A stretch of DNA of 64,000 nucleotides, taken from an uncultured Desulfosarcina sp. (GTDB lineage Bacteria; Desulfobacterota; Desulfobacteria; Desulfobacterales; Desulfosarcinaceae). The stretch is from assembly GCA_963674945.2 (NCBI GenBank), contig CAXXWQ010000004.1:1056001-1120000 (forward strand), given 5' to 3'. The position numbers and the translations under genes are program-made. Every line of letters starts with the position of its first letter. Positions within the stretch are counted from its first letter, which is position 1. This document shows, one piece after another, positions 49,883 through 60,685 of this stretch. Below the pieces are notes generated by a model that ran no database searches, was not told the origin of the DNA, and was given only the letters and a program-made list of their open reading frames with translations.

Positions 49883-50683
49883 CTAGTCCCAGCAAAGCCT
49901 GCTGGCCTCGAAGACCGGTCCATCCGTGCAGACGTGGCGATAACGGGTATCATCGTCGGTGACACTGACCGCACATCCCAGGCACGCCCCCATGCCGCAT
50001 GCCATCATGGCTTCGATGGAGACCTGGCACGGGATGCCACGGGCCTTGGAAATGGCACAGACCGCCTTGAGCATTCCGGTGGGTCCACAGGCGCAGATCA
50101 GATCCACCGGTCCGCTTTCCAGCGCCCCTTCCAGGCTTCGTGTGACCACCCCCGAATGTCCCATGCTGCCGTCATCGGTGGAGACATCCAACAGGAGGCC
50201 GGGAAGGTCGAATTCGGTAATGCAGACCAAATCGTCTTTGGTCCGGCCGCCGATCAAGACCAAGCATCGGTCCGGTTTCGTTTTTTTGTCCAACAGCGTT
50301 TTTGCCAAAAAACGAATGGGCGGCACCCCCACCCCACCGGCAACGAGTACCAGACGGCGACAGGTGTCGGGGACCAGAAAAGCGTTTCCCAATGGACCGA
50401 GAAGGGAGAGTGTCTCCCCTTGGCGATACCGGCTGAGCCGTTTCGTGCCCTCCCCGACAACCTTGTACAGAATCTCGATGCCCGCGACCCGTCCCCTTTC
50501 GTGGATCAATCCCAATAGGGAAAAGGGCCGCCGCAACAAAGGCCTGGCCTCGATTCCGACCCGCACCATGACAAACTGGCCGGGTTTTGCCGTGTCGAAG
50601 CCGGCGGTGCAGGAAAGTCCCATGCGATAATATCCCGGCGCCTCGAGGCGATTGTATAAAACGGTGGTATCCTGCACGATCAT
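49883..50683 (-). CDS. pyrK: Dihydroorotate dehydrogenase electron-transfer subunit
   Basis: PGQF, RRPFS, GPLG, GGVG, CGP, MACGMGACLGC, CTDGPVF; no pyrD adjacent. Confidence 0.88.
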   Translation of the reverse strand: MIVQDTTVLYNRLEAPGYYRMGLSCTAGFDTAKPGQFVMVRVGIEARPLLRRPFSLLGLIHERGRVAGIEILYKVVGEGTKRLSRYRQGETLSLLGPLGNAFLVPDTCRRLVLVAGGVGVPPIRFLAKTLLDKKTKPDRCLVLIGGRTKDDLVCITEFDLPGLLLDVSTDDGSMGHSGVVTRSLEGALESGPVDLICACGPTGMLKAVCAISKARGIPCQVSIEAMMACGMGACLGCAVSVTDDDTRYRHVCTDGPVFEASRLCWD

Positions 50684-51516
50684 GTTTTCTCCTTTAGACC
50701 GATCAGAGAAGCGAATCGGCCGGTTCGCTTTTCGGCCCGGTATGAAAAGAAGAGATGAGAATTGCACCGGGTGCAGATATTCGCCTGGAAAATCCGATCA
50801 TCTTGAAGACCGGCCGAAACCAGCTGATACCGGCTGATCCGCCAGAAGTCGAAATGATTCGTCCCGATCCGATACGGCCAAAACGCCTCGGGAATTTCCG
50901 TCTCGTAACGAATGAATTCGGCACAACAAGGCCCGAGGGAGGGACCGATGGCCGCGACCATCTGATCGGGCCGACAGCCGAACGCTTCATGCATGCGCGT
51001 TACGACCCGAGCGATGAGACCGGCCACACTTCCCCGCCATCCGCAGTGGACGTTGGCCACCACCGAATTGGAAGGGTCGTATAGCAGGACCGACTGGCAG
51101 TCGGCCGTCTGAATCGATAGAAAAGCCAGGGGACGGCTCGTGATGAGCGCGTCGGCCGGTTCCGGTATCGTTACGACGTTTTCCCGCGTGTACCGCCGTT
51201 CGGATGGGATCACCCGTATGGTGGTGCCATGGTTCTGGGTGGCATACACATGGACACCGCCACCGGTGACACGTCGCCAGAGATTCCGGTTGGCCGTCAC
51301 CGATTCCGGATCATCGCCCACGTCTTTTCCGAGATTCATCCCATCGAAGGGTCGGAGACTCTCCCCCCCACGCCGGCAGCCGATGGCATGCATCAGCCCG
51401 GGGAACCGGTTGAGGGCAGGAAATTGAAAATAGGAAACGTTCTCACGTTTGACCAACAGCAAGGGTTTTTCTCCGTAAAAAGCTTTTTCAGGCCACGTAT
51501 GGCCAAACAATCGCAT
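50680..51516 (-). CDS. pgeF: PgeF/YfiH family protein
   Basis: QNHG, ADAL, TADC, HCGWRG, IGPSLGPCC, FFSYR. Confidence 0.9.
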   Translation of the reverse strand: MRLFGHTWPEKAFYGEKPLLLVKRENVSYFQFPALNRFPGLMHAIGCRRGGESLRPFDGMNLGKDVGDDPESVTANRNLWRRVTGGGVHVYATQNHGTTIRVIPSERRYTRENVVTIPEPADALITSRPLAFLSIQTADCQSVLLYDPSNSVVANVHCGWRGSVAGLIARVVTRMHEAFGCRPDQMVAAIGPSLGPCCAEFIRYETEIPEAFWPYRIGTNHFDFWRISRYQLVSAGLQDDRIFQANICTRCNSHLFFSYRAEKRTGRFASLIGLKEKT

Positions 51517-51669
51517 GACAGAAACTCGTTTTATTTACTTTGCCGATAGGCGAAAACGAGGGAAAAGCTTTTTATAAAAATTCCATTTTAATCTGTATTT
51601 ATAATACGAATTCCTTAGAAGTCAGGTCCTGTCACAATACTATAAAATTTGGCCATTTCTGGATGGGCA

Positions 51670-52464
51670 TTATAGGGCTCGGGCCAAAGTCAACACATCC
51701 ACCCGCCGTGCCCCATCGGCAAGCAGTGTCCGGGCACAGGCATTGGCCGTCGCACCGGTTGTCAGCACGTCGTCCACCAGTAGGATCCTTTTCCCCGTGC
51801 TTTTCCCGGGATGGTTCATAAAAAAGGCATTTCGAATATTTTTCTTACGCTGATGCCTGTCCAGACCGGTCTGGGAAGCCGTGTTCCGTGCACGCACCAA
51901 AAGGTCGCGGACGATGGGTGGGGCTATTTCCGTCGGCCAGCCGCACACCAGAAGGAATGCCTGATTGAAACCCCGCCGCCGGAATCTGCGTCGATGAAGG
52001 GGAACGGGCGCAACCATGTCGATCTCATGTCGGGACCAATGGCGTGTGAATTCTGCGAACATGAGTTCACCCAATGGTCCGGCAAGGTTCACACGGCCAT
52101 TGAATTTTAATTCACCGATAGCGACACGCAGCGCCTGGTCGTGGATGCCCACGGCACGGGCCCGGTAAAAGTCGGTCGGATGCCGCAGGCACCGGCCGCA
52201 CAGGTGGTCCTCCCCTTCCCGGCCTGAAAACACCACACCGCATCGGCTGCAAAGCGGAGAGGTCACCGGGGTCCACTGATTTCTGCAGTCGGGACATAGA
52301 CAATGCGCCAAGACCGAGGAAAGACCGGTGGCCGGGAAAGACATTCCAGCAGGGGCATACCGTCCGGATAGCGAACCGGTGTGAAGGAACAGTTGTCCAC
52401 AGCCCAAACATTTTGCAGGGAAAAGGGCGTCTTTCAAGGAACGGGCAAAGCGCCCGAGTTCCAA
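51670..52464 (-). CDS. comF: ComF-family protein (double zinc ribbon + PRTase)
   Basis: Four CxxC pairs, PVPLH, RGFNQ, LLVDDVLTTGAT; start uncertain. Confidence 0.88.
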   Translation of the reverse strand: MELGRFARSLKDALFPAKCLGCGQLFLHTGSLSGRYAPAGMSFPATGLSSVLAHCLCPDCRNQWTPVTSPLCSRCGVVFSGREGEDHLCGRCLRHPTDFYRARAVGIHDQALRVAIGELKFNGRVNLAGPLGELMFAEFTRHWSRHEIDMVAPVPLHRRRFRRRGFNQAFLLVCGWPTEIAPPIVRDLLVRARNTASQTGLDRHQRKKNIRNAFFMNHPGKSTGKRILLVDDVLTTGATANACARTLLADGARRVDVLTLARAL

Positions 52465-52468
52465 GAGG

Positions 52469-53692
52469 CTACTGGATCTGATCGACAATTGCCGCTGCAA
52501 ATTCAGAACATTTGACTTCTGTGGCCCCTTGGATCTGCCGGGCCAGGTCATAGGTCACCCGACGGGCCTTGATGGCTGCCTGTGTTCCTTCCCGAACGGC
52601 GCTCCCCGCCTCCTTCCACCCCATGTAGTCGAGCATCATGGCGCCGGATAGAATCAGGGAGCCGGGGTTTACCTTGTCCATGCCGGTATATTTGGGGGCG
52701 GTGCCGTGGGTGGCCTCGAAAACGGCGCAGGTGTCCCCGATATTGGCCCCGGGTGCCATCCCCAGCCCCCCTACCTGGGCGGCGAGGGCATCGGAAAGAT
52801 AGTCACCGTTCAAGTTCGGGGTGGCGATCACGTCATACTCGTCGGGACGAAGCAGCACCTGTTGAAAGAGCATATCGGCGATGCGGTCCTTGATCACGAC
52901 CTTGCCTCTGGGCGCATTTCCGTCATACTGTCCGTATAGCTGGGCCTCGGTGATGGTCTGGTCGCCAAACCGCTGCTTTGCCACTTCGTACCCCCATTGG
53001 GCAAAGGCACCTTCGGTGAATTTCATGATGTTGCCCTTATGCATGAGGGTAACGCTGGCACACCCATTCTCCAACGCGTGGGTGATGGCACGGGCAACCA
53101 GCCGCTTCGTATTGGCCGGACTGATGGGTTTGATGCCGATACCTGCCAACGACGGAAGCGTCACGCCCATTTTCGATCGTAAAAATTCGGCCAGGTCCTT
53201 TGCCTCTTGCGATCCCGAGGCCCATTCGATTCCGGCATAGAGGTCTTCCGTATTTTCCCGAAACACCACCATATCGATCTTTTCCGGATTTTTCATGGGG
53301 CTGGGAACGGTCTCGATATATCGTACCGGCCGAACACAGGCGTACAGGTCCAGCTTTTGTCGGATGGCCACATTCAGACTCCGGATTCCCTTGCCGATGG
53401 GCGTGGTCAGCGGTCCCTTGATGGCCACCACATGGGTTTCGATGGCATCCAGGGCCTCTTGGGGCAAAAAATTGCCGGTTTCCGCGTAGCCCTTTTCTCC
53501 AACGGGCAGTTCCATCCATGAGATTTCGCGATTGCCGCCATAGGCCTTTCCCACGGCCGCATCGATGACCATGCGTGTCGCACGCCATATGTCGGGACCG
53601 ATACCATCCCCCTCGATGAAGGGAATGATGGGATGATCCGGCACGACGAGGGCACCGCCATCCTTTTTGGTGATTTTCTCGGCAGTTGCCAC
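52469..53692 (-). CDS. icd: NADP-dependent isocitrate dehydrogenase
   Basis: [55 protein letters not shown] then GTG. Confidence 0.96.
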   Translation of the reverse strand: MATAEKITKKDGGALVVPDHPIIPFIEGDGIGPDIWRATRMVIDAAVGKAYGGNREISWMELPVGEKGYAETGNFLPQEALDAIETHVVAIKGPLTTPIGKGIRSLNVAIRQKLDLYACVRPVRYIETVPSPMKNPEKIDMVVFRENTEDLYAGIEWASGSQEAKDLAEFLRSKMGVTLPSLAGIGIKPISPANTKRLVARAITHALENGCASVTLMHKGNIMKFTEGAFAQWGYEVAKQRFGDQTITEAQLYGQYDGNAPRGKVVIKDRIADMLFQQVLLRPDEYDVIATPNLNGDYLSDALAAQVGGLGMAPGANIGDTCAVFEATHGTAPKYTGMDKVNPGSLILSGAMMLDYMGWKEAGSAVREGTQAAIKARRVTYDLARQIQGATEVKCSEFAAAIVDQIQ

Positions 53693-53825
53693 GGGCACTT
53701 CCTCCTGTTGTTGACGGCTTTTTAAGTGGAGCGTCTTTCTAAGTTTCGGGTGTCCACTCTCTTTTCGTAAAACAAACTTGTGCCTATGATAATACAATTC
53801 ACACAGAACCCAAGCAATAAAACGC

Positions 53826-54608
53826 CTAGACGGTAATCTGACGCTGACGAAACGCTTCGTACAGAACCACCGCCGCGGCAGCGGATGCGTTGAGAGAGTC
53901 GATCCGGCCGCAAAGGGGAATACGTACCAGAAAGTCACAGTTTTGTCGGACCAGCGGTCGAATCCCCTTTTCCTCTCCACCGATCACCAGGGCCAAGGGC
54001 CCATTGAAATCCGCCTGGAAAACGGTCTGCTGCGCGTCCATGGTCAGACCGGCCACCCAAACTCCATTTTTCTTCAATCCCTGGATGGTGGTATTCAGAT
54101 TGGTTACACGAAAAATGCGCGTATACTCGAGGGCACCGGCAGAAGCCTTGGAGACCGCCGGCGTGGGACCCACCGCCCGATCCTTGGGAATCAAAAGGGC
54201 GTCGACCCCCACACAGTGGGCGCTGCGAACGATGGCACCCAGATTGTTCGGGTCCACGATGCCGTCCAGCAATACCATAAGCGGTTCAGAAGCATCCCCT
54301 TGTTCCCGGAAAAAATGGGTCGGCCATGTTTCGACGGGAAAAGGGGAAACAGAGGCGGTCACGCCCTGATGCTGATCGCTTCCCGACACTGAACGAATCT
54401 GCTCGGCACCGACGGCCCGCAAGGGGATATTTCGCTCTTGTGCCGCTTTTGCGATTCGGCCGATCCTTTCGCCATGGGCCGCCTTGTCCACCATCACCGA
54501 ATGGATCTTACGGCGATGGGCGACCATCGCCTCCATTACGGGATGAAAACCGTATAGTGCCTCCCTTTCGCCAGCTGGCTGCCGATTTCTTCCGGTGTTT
54601 GCGGCCAT
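53826..54608 (-). CDS. rlmB: 23S rRNA Gm2251 methyltransferase (SpoU family)
   Basis: [31 protein letters not shown]. Confidence 0.92.
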   Translation of the reverse strand: MAANTGRNRQPAGEREALYGFHPVMEAMVAHRRKIHSVMVDKAAHGERIGRIAKAAQERNIPLRAVGAEQIRSVSGSDQHQGVTASVSPFPVETWPTHFFREQGDASEPLMVLLDGIVDPNNLGAIVRSAHCVGVDALLIPKDRAVGPTPAVSKASAGALEYTRIFRVTNLNTTIQGLKKNGVWVAGLTMDAQQTVFQADFNGPLALVIGGEEKGIRPLVRQNCDFLVRIPLCGRIDSLNASAAAAVVLYEAFRQRQITV

Positions 54609-54609
54609 A

Positions 54610-55206
54610 TCAACGCCACCCACATGACAACAGCGTGACAAACCGGGAGATGGCCTTTTCCAGGTCTTCATTGACGATCGTGTGCTTGTAGGCAGAGCGG
54701 TGGGCGATCTCCTTCCGGGCATTGTCCATGCGCATTTCGATCACTTCATGACTGTCCAATCCCCTTTGAACGAGCCGCTGGCGCAAGACCTCCATGGAGG
54801 GTGCCATGATGAAGATGGTGACCGCATCGGGAAAACGACGGACAATCTGCCGGGCGCCTTGGACATCGATGTCCAAAAGGACATCCCGGCCGGCGCCCAG
54901 GTGCTCTTCGATGAACCGTGCACTCGTGCCGTAGTAGTGGCCATGAACCCGGGCCCATTCCGCCCACTTGCCTTCGTCGATCCCTTGCCGGAACGCTTTT
55001 TCGGTAACGAAAAAGTAATCGACCCCCTCCTTTTCGCCTTTCCGCGGTGACCTTGTGGTGGTACTCACCGAATAGACCAGCTGTGGCAGATGATCACGAA
55101 CAGCCCTGCACAATGTGGTTTTTCCGGCTCCTGATGGGGCGGAGACAACAAAAAGACGGCCCGTTTTCCCCTTTGGGACGTCCTTTGCGGAAATGGCATC
55201 GGTCAT
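54610..55206 (-). CDS. gmk: Guanylate kinase
   Basis: [32 protein letters not shown]. Confidence 0.96.
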   Translation of the reverse strand: MTDAISAKDVPKGKTGRLFVVSAPSGAGKTTLCRAVRDHLPQLVYSVSTTTRSPRKGEKEGVDYFFVTEKAFRQGIDEGKWAEWARVHGHYYGTSARFIEEHLGAGRDVLLDIDVQGARQIVRRFPDAVTIFIMAPSMEVLRQRLVQRGLDSHEVIEMRMDNARKEIAHRSAYKHTIVNEDLEKAISRFVTLLSCGWR

Positions 55207-55460
55207 TTTTTCTCGGCCTTCAAATCCTCGAAGCGCTGGGAGAGGGTCTCGAATTGGATGGCGGACAAGACGATATGGTTGCTGTCCATGACAATAATGG
55301 CCCGCGTCCGTCGACCCTGGGTAGCGTCCAATAGATGATGTTCCTGCCGCGCCTCATCCTTCAACCGTTTCATTGGAGAGGAAGCGGGAGCGACGATGGC
55401 CACGACCCGATCGGCCACGACCATGTTTCCAAAACCGATGTTCAGAAGTTTTTTTTCCAT
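55203..55460 (-). CDS. DUF370 / RemA-family protein
   Basis: [21 protein letters not shown]; yicC-DUF370-gmk order. Confidence 0.92.
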   Translation of the reverse strand: MEKKLLNIGFGNMVVADRVVAIVAPASSPMKRLKDEARQEHHLLDATQGRRTRAIIVMDSNHIVLSAIQFETLSQRFEDLKAEKK

Positions 55461-55463
55461 CCC

Positions 55464-56345
55464 CTACTCTACATTCTGGACCTGCTCGCGCAGCTTTTCC
55501 AGTTCCGATTTTGCCGCAACGATGATGTGGGACATGGTGGCCTTGCCCGATTTCGCCCCCATGGTGGTAAATTCCCGGTTAAATTCCTGGAGAAGAAAAT
55601 TAAGGGGTCTTCCCGCAGGCGTTTTGTCCTCAATGCGCGTTCGAAACTGCTTTGCATGGCTCTTTGCCCGAACGATCTCTTCGGAGATATCGCTTCGATC
55701 GGCCAAAAGGGCAGCCTCCTGCGCGATGCGGGCAGGGTCGATTTCCACGACGCCGCGGGTGAGCGCATCGATCCGCTCTGTAAGACGTTTCTGATAGATT
55801 TCGGGCAATCCTTCGGCCTCCACCGCGATCTGATCGAGGAGGGATTCCACGGTGTCAAGGCGCTGATGAAAATCCCGGGCCAGATGGTCTCCCTCCACGC
55901 GGCGCATCGCATCCAGATCGGCCATGGCCGAATTCAGACACGCCAGCACGTGCGGCCAAGCGTCATCCGCATCCTTCTCCACCTCCTTTGCCTGAATCAT
56001 GTTTCCACCGGATAGGAGGTCCGCAAGTTCGACGGTCCCGCCAAGCCCCAATTCATCGCGTACGGCGGTCAAGGCGTCGAAATAGGCGCGAGCACGCGGC
56101 AAATTGATCTCGAATCCCGTGTCCGCCTCCGAAACGTCTTGGATCTGAACGCGGATCTCGACCCTTCCGCGGGCCACGGTTTCGGCGACCACCGCCTTGA
56201 TTCGCTCTTCGAGGGCTTCGAAGCCGTGGGTGAGTTTCAGGGCCACATCCAGGTGCCGGCTATTGTAGGAACGCACCTCCACACAAATGTCATAGGGTGG
56301 CACCGGGTGCTGGCCCCTGGCGTAGGCGGTCATGCTTTTAATCAT
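55464..56345 (-). CDS. yicC: YicC/YloC-family endoribonuclease
   Basis: KSMTAY, NSRHL, DISEE, FLLQEFNRE, EKLREQVQNVE. Confidence 0.93.
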   Translation of the reverse strand: MIKSMTAYARGQHPVPPYDICVEVRSYNSRHLDVALKLTHGFEALEERIKAVVAETVARGRVEIRVQIQDVSEADTGFEINLPRARAYFDALTAVRDELGLGGTVELADLLSGGNMIQAKEVEKDADDAWPHVLACLNSAMADLDAMRRVEGDHLARDFHQRLDTVESLLDQIAVEAEGLPEIYQKRLTERIDALTRGVVEIDPARIAQEAALLADRSDISEEIVRAKSHAKQFRTRIEDKTPAGRPLNFLLQEFNREFTTMGAKSGKATMSHIIVAAKSELEKLREQVQNVE

Positions 56346-56881
56346 CGCAATTTTCCAATCGTTTGTAAATCCAACATGTATTTCCTTCGGACCAGGGTCA
56401 AAAAATCGATCATGCCTTCATCGGCATAATCGGGATAGGTCCATGGAAGGGTTCGAAATGCCCCCTTTTGATACATCAAGGTCAAATCGGCGAAGATTCC
56501 CTCGCCGATGTATATTCTGTGGGAAAAATTTTTTCCGGTGGCCAGAACGAAACGTTCGGCGACCAGATATCCCGGATCGATGTTAACACGGCGCTTTCCA
56601 TCCCGCAAAAGACGATTTTCCAGATCATTGGTTGTATGCTTGATCTGGGGCAGTCGGGTCTGGTTCACGAGGGATTTGAATACCAGCATTCGTCGGTACA
56701 GCGGCCCCCCCATCTCCTTTTCATAGTAAGTCGTAAAATCGAAATCGAACCAGGCACTGACCATGTCCAGGGGACCGAACAACCGGATCAGGTCCCTTAC
56801 CAGGGACGGGGCCAATGACTTCTCTTTCGCGAAAAAGCCCACGATGAGTTTGGCGGACTTGGGATGCTGGGGCAGGCTCAT
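56342..56881 (-). CDS. DUF4416-family protein
   Basis: YYEKEMG, RRVNIDPGY, LATGKNFSHRIY, WTYPDY. Confidence 0.85.
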   Translation of the reverse strand: MSLPQHPKSAKLIVGFFAKEKSLAPSLVRDLIRLFGPLDMVSAWFDFDFTTYYEKEMGGPLYRRMLVFKSLVNQTRLPQIKHTTNDLENRLLRDGKRRVNIDPGYLVAERFVLATGKNFSHRIYIGEGIFADLTLMYQKGAFRTLPWTYPDYADEGMIDFLTLVRRKYMLDLQTIGKLR

Positions 56882-56933
56882 GGGAAAACCGGCAAATGCC
56901 TATGCATTGATTGAATTACATAACCGGGCTATC

Positions 56934-57057
56934 GACGGCTTCGTAAAAACCCCGGGATCAAGGCTTGCGAATCCCGAAAAAAAGAGTCGGATATGAAATA
57001 CGTCGCAATGACGAGGGATTCGCGTAATACAGATACCGGGCTTCTTACGGAGCCGTC
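56934..57057 (+). repeat. ~125-bp inverted-repeat element, copy 3
   Basis: GACGGCTTCGTAAAAA...TTCTTACGGAGCCGTC with the shared core GATCAAGGCTTGCGA and TGACGAGGG. Confidence 0.88.
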
Positions 57058-57062
57058 ACGTA

Positions 57063-57233
57063 TTACGGAAGGGGCTTTGCTTCATCGATCAGCATAATGG
57101 GAATATCGTCTCTGATTTCGTACACCAACCGGCAGGCTTCACAGACCAGGCCGTCTTCTGCCTCGTTGAGATGGATCTCCCCCTTGCACTGGGGGCAGGC
57201 AAGGATTTCAAGTAGCTCCTGATTGATTGCCAT
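57063..57233 (-). CDS. Trm112/YcaR-family protein (56 aa, missing from the ORF track)
   Basis: Own translation: MAINQELLEILACPQCKGEIHLNEAEDGLVCEACRLVYEIRDDIPIMLIDEAKPLP; AAGGAG RBS. Confidence 0.92.
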   Translation of the reverse strand: MAINQELLEILACPQCKGEIHLNEAEDGLVCEACRLVYEIRDDIPIMLIDEAKPLP

Positions 57234-57254
57234 GTTGTCTCCTTTTTTTGAAAC

Positions 57255-58739
57255 CTAATCGCTATTGGCTAGTTTTTGCGCGATGGACGTGGTGCTGTAT
57301 CCTTCCAGCAGATCCACGAGACGGACCTGCCCACCATATGCCTCGACCTCTTTTTTGCCCACGACTTCGTGAATCTGGTAGTCCGATCCCTTGACGAGAA
57401 TATCCGGTTTCAATCGTCCGATGAGGTTCAATGGGGTGTCTTCGTCGAAAAAAACCACCATGTCCACGTCTTCGAGAGCACTCAAGATCGCCGCCCTGTC
57501 GGGTCCAGGCAGGATCGGGCGCGAAGGCCCTTTGAGCCGTTTGATGGAGTCGTCCGTATTGAGCCCGACGATCAGTCGGTCACCTAGGTGCCGGGCCTGG
57601 TGAAGCAGGCTCACGTGGCCGGGATGCAAAAGATCGAAACAGCCGTTGGTGAAGACGATCTTCTGTTCTGACCGTCGCCAGCGGGCCAGTCGCGCCTCGG
57701 CAGCCGTCACATCGGCAACCTTCCAAAGGGTCGAACCGGGTGTCGTCATGGTTTCGTAAGCCATGGCTTGTTCCAGTTCCTCGTTGCCGACGGCCCAGGT
57801 CCCCACCTTTCCCACAACGATGCCCGCAGCCGTGTTGGCCACCTTTGCCGCATGGGCAAAATCCAGCCCCGCAGCCACGCAAGCCGCCAGGGTCGCGATA
57901 ACCGTGTCACCGGCACCGGAGACATCGAACACCTCCCTGGCCCGGGCGGCGATGTTGACGGGATCGGTATCGGCGCCAAACAATGCCATTCCCTCGGGGC
58001 CGCGGGTGACCAGGAGCCAATGTAAACAGAGCCGGCTGCGCAAATCTCCGGCAGCCTTGATCCAGCGCCCATCGGCGGTCACCGGTATTCCGGTGGCCGA
58101 TTCCAGTTCCGCCGTGTTTGGGGTGATGCAACTGGCGCCGGTGTACCGTTGCCAATCATTTCCCTTTGGATCGATGAAAACGGGAATTTTCTCCTTGTTG
58201 CAGGCACGAATCATCGCCTGCACCGTTTCGGATTCCGTCAGCAGTCCTTTGCCGTAATCCGACAAAACCACCGCATCCGTTTCCACCAGTCGTTTTGTTA
58301 CCGCCTCGAGCAGCCTTTTGGACACTTCGGCTTCGATCTCGCCATGGTCCTCTTCGTCGAGGCGGACCACCTGCTGCTTGCCGGCCATGATCCGGGTCTT
58401 GGTCGTCGTCGGCCGTTTCGAATCGGCGATGCAACGGTCCGCGATGCCAAGCTTCTGTAAGCGTGCCTGAATCTGCCGGGCGGCTTCATCCTCTCCCACC
58501 AATCCGACGATGGTGGCGGCGCATCCCAAACCGGCGAGATTGGCGGCCACATTGCCCGCGCCCCCCAAACGATATTCCTTTCCGTCTGGATTGAGCCGGA
58601 CCACCGGCACGGGGGCCTCGGGGGAGATCCGGCGCACGCTCCCCCAATAGTACCGATCCAACATCAGATCGCCCACCACAAGGACCCTTACCTTGGCCAG
58701 TCGGCCTGTCAGCTGTGCATGGGAGGCGTCGGAATTCAC
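57255..58739 (-). CDS. hldE: Bifunctional heptose-7-phosphate kinase / heptose-1-phosphate adenylyltransferase
   Basis: GDLMLD, RISPEAPVPV, SDYGKG, DVSGAGDT; FTNGCFDLLHPGH, GLNTD. Confidence 0.95.
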   Translation of the reverse strand: MNSDASHAQLTGRLAKVRVLVVGDLMLDRYYWGSVRRISPEAPVPVVRLNPDGKEYRLGGAGNVAANLAGLGCAATIVGLVGEDEAARQIQARLQKLGIADRCIADSKRPTTTKTRIMAGKQQVVRLDEEDHGEIEAEVSKRLLEAVTKRLVETDAVVLSDYGKGLLTESETVQAMIRACNKEKIPVFIDPKGNDWQRYTGASCITPNTAELESATGIPVTADGRWIKAAGDLRSRLCLHWLLVTRGPEGMALFGADTDPVNIAARAREVFDVSGAGDTVIATLAACVAAGLDFAHAAKVANTAAGIVVGKVGTWAVGNEELEQAMAYETMTTPGSTLWKVADVTAAEARLARWRRSEQKIVFTNGCFDLLHPGHVSLLHQARHLGDRLIVGLNTDDSIKRLKGPSRPILPGPDRAAILSALEDVDMVVFFDEDTPLNLIGRLKPDILVKGSDYQIHEVVGKKEVEAYGGQVRLVDLLEGYSTTSIAQKLANSD

Positions 58740-59314
58740 GATGATTCTTCCTTATCGGCTGCGGGCAGCCCTTTTTCGATGACCCACGCCCAGTAATGGA
58801 GAATGAAGATATGGGTTTCCTGGATGCGGGCCGTCGAGGCATCGGCCACCACAACGGCCTGGTCCACCCGATCCTTCAGGTCTCCGCCATCTTTTCCCAA
58901 GAGTCCCACCGACATGATCTCCATTTGCCGGGCACATTCCACGGCACGAAGGACATTGGGGGATCGGCCGGAGGTGGAGATGCCGATCAGCACGTCCCCT
59001 TTTCGCCCCAAACCGGTCACCTGCCGGGCGAAGACTTCGTCGTATCCGTAATCGTTTCCCACGGCCGTAAGAATGGATGTGTCGGTGGTCAGGGCCACGG
59101 CCGGATAGGCGCGTCGATCGGTTTCGAACCGGCCGACGATTTCGGCGGCGAAGTGCTGGGCATCGGCGGCGCTTCCGCCGTTTCCACAGATCATCAGCTT
59201 GTTTCCGGCAACGAGGCGGTCTCGCATGGCCCGGCCTGCCCTTTCCAGGATGGAGGCCAGGGGGCGGATGCTTTCCAGGCAGCGGATATGGGCGTCTATC
59301 ATCTCATGAAACAT
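58736..59314 (-). CDS. gmhA: Sedoheptulose-7-phosphate isomerase
   Basis: CGNGGSAADAQH, GNDYG, STSG, TARIQETH. Confidence 0.95.
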   Translation of the reverse strand: MFHEMIDAHIRCLESIRPLASILERAGRAMRDRLVAGNKLMICGNGGSAADAQHFAAEIVGRFETDRRAYPAVALTTDTSILTAVGNDYGYDEVFARQVTGLGRKGDVLIGISTSGRSPNVLRAVECARQMEIMSVGLLGKDGGDLKDRVDQAVVVADASTARIQETHIFILHYWAWVIEKGLPAADKEESS

Positions 59315-59390
59315 GGTTGTGTAGCGTCCTTTTCGTGTTGGCGAATTGAAACGTTGATAGCACACACCGCCTGAATTTGCAGCATTTTTA

Positions 59391-60347
59391 TCACCGGTGC
59401 GGGGTGTCGGCGGTTTCGTATATGGCTGCCGCCAGAAGGGGGATCATGATCTCATGGTGGCCGGTGATGGCGTACCCGTTGCCACCGGTGAGTACGGGTC
59501 TTCGCACAACGTTCACGCCGGGCCGATAGTGCTGAATCATGTCGAAATTGGCCGTGGTAAAGTTTCTCACCGGATTTTTCAGGTTGCGGGCGACGGCCAG
59601 CGCCTTGAGAAAGACCTCGGGCATGATGACGGCGGAGCCGAAATTGAGGACCACGCCGCCGTCCCCGAGCCTTGCGACGTTGGCGGCGAAAATTCGAAAG
59701 TCCCGTAAGGAGGCATTGCCGATGGCCGCGCCGCTTGCCGTGGGATGCTGGTGAACGATGTCGGTACCCAGCGCCACGTGAAGGGTATAGGGAATGTTCA
59801 ACCGGTGGGCACAGGCGATGAGGGCGCGTTTCACAAACGGCGCCTTCTCTTCCACCAGCATCGCCCCTACGGCCTCTCCGAATCCCTCCTGGCCCCGGGC
59901 GGCCCGCATGGCCGCCTCGTTGACCAGAAGCGCCGTGTCCGCCGCCATGCCGAAGGAACCATCTTCCAGTTGGACGGCCACATCCTCGCTGGTATGTCCC
60001 AATCGGGCCAGTTCGGTGTCGTGGATGGCGGCGGAGCCGTTGGAAGCCAGGTGGGTGATAAAGCCGTCACTGGCCAGGCCGGCCAACACCGGCGCCAATC
60101 CGGTCTTGATGACGTGGCCGCCCAACATCACCAGTATTGGTTTTCCCGCCCGCTTGGCGGCCACAACGGCACGGGCAACGGCCTTGAGGTCCTCCGCCTT
60201 TAACACGGCGGGAAGGCCTTCCAAAAATTCCGAGACGCGCAGGCCTGGTCGTAAGGGGCTCGCCTCCAGGTCGGTCGTCACCTTGGAGGGCCGATCGATG
60301 GCCTGATAGGTGGTAATGGCAGAAAGGTCGATTTCGTCGTGGGGCAT
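59391..60347 (-). CDS. Conserved hypothetical protein (possible deoxyhypusine-synthase-like fold)
   Basis: GGHVIK, IHDTE, TSEDV, DGSFGMA, GTDIVH, GSAVIMPEVFLK, GHHEIM. Confidence 0.7.
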   Translation of the reverse strand: MPHDEIDLSAITTYQAIDRPSKVTTDLEASPLRPGLRVSEFLEGLPAVLKAEDLKAVARAVVAAKRAGKPILVMLGGHVIKTGLAPVLAGLASDGFITHLASNGSAAIHDTELARLGHTSEDVAVQLEDGSFGMAADTALLVNEAAMRAARGQEGFGEAVGAMLVEEKAPFVKRALIACAHRLNIPYTLHVALGTDIVHQHPTASGAAIGNASLRDFRIFAANVARLGDGGVVLNFGSAVIMPEVFLKALAVARNLKNPVRNFTTANFDMIQHYRPGVNVVRRPVLTGGNGYAITGHHEIMIPLLAAAIYETADTPHR

Positions 60348-60366
60348 GGTGTGATTCCAGTATTAT

Positions 60367-60431
60367 GGTCCTCGGTTCTCGGTTTAGTATTCCATAGCAT
60401 AAAGAACCGGGAACTGGGAACCGTGAACTAA
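60367..60431. repeat. Inverted heptamer tandem micro-array
   Basis: GGTCCTC-GGTTCTC-GGTTTAG faces GAACCGG-GAACTGG-GAACCGT-GAACTAA. Confidence 0.6.
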
Positions 60432-60551
60432 AAACAGGCCGGCATGAAATCAGCGACCACCCCGTTTACAAAAATGATCCCATGCAGTAAGTTCCGATCA
60501 TCATTTAAAAAGCATGTTATGAATGGATGAACCCGTAAGTGTCGAATTTCG

Positions 60552-60677
60552 GGCGGCTTCGTAAAAAGTTCGAGGTCAAGGCTTGCGAGCTCCGAGGAAT
60601 AAGGCGTATGGTTGAAGGCGTCGCAGTGACGAGGGGTGAAGTGCAGGCGCGGATGTCAGGCTTTTCACGAAGCCGTT
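60552..60677 (+). repeat. ~125-bp inverted-repeat element, copy 4 (extra TIR-like motif from ~60524)
   Basis: GGCGGCTTCGTAAAAAG...CTTTTCACGAAGCCGTT with the shared core. Confidence 0.88.
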
Positions 60678-60685
60678 AATGTTGG

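Noticed and set aside
53826..56345. No rpoZ after yicC-DUF370-gmk, no pyrD beside pyrK, and Fo genes split from F1
   Set aside because: Ordinary gene-order variation; the partners are probably elsewhere in the genome
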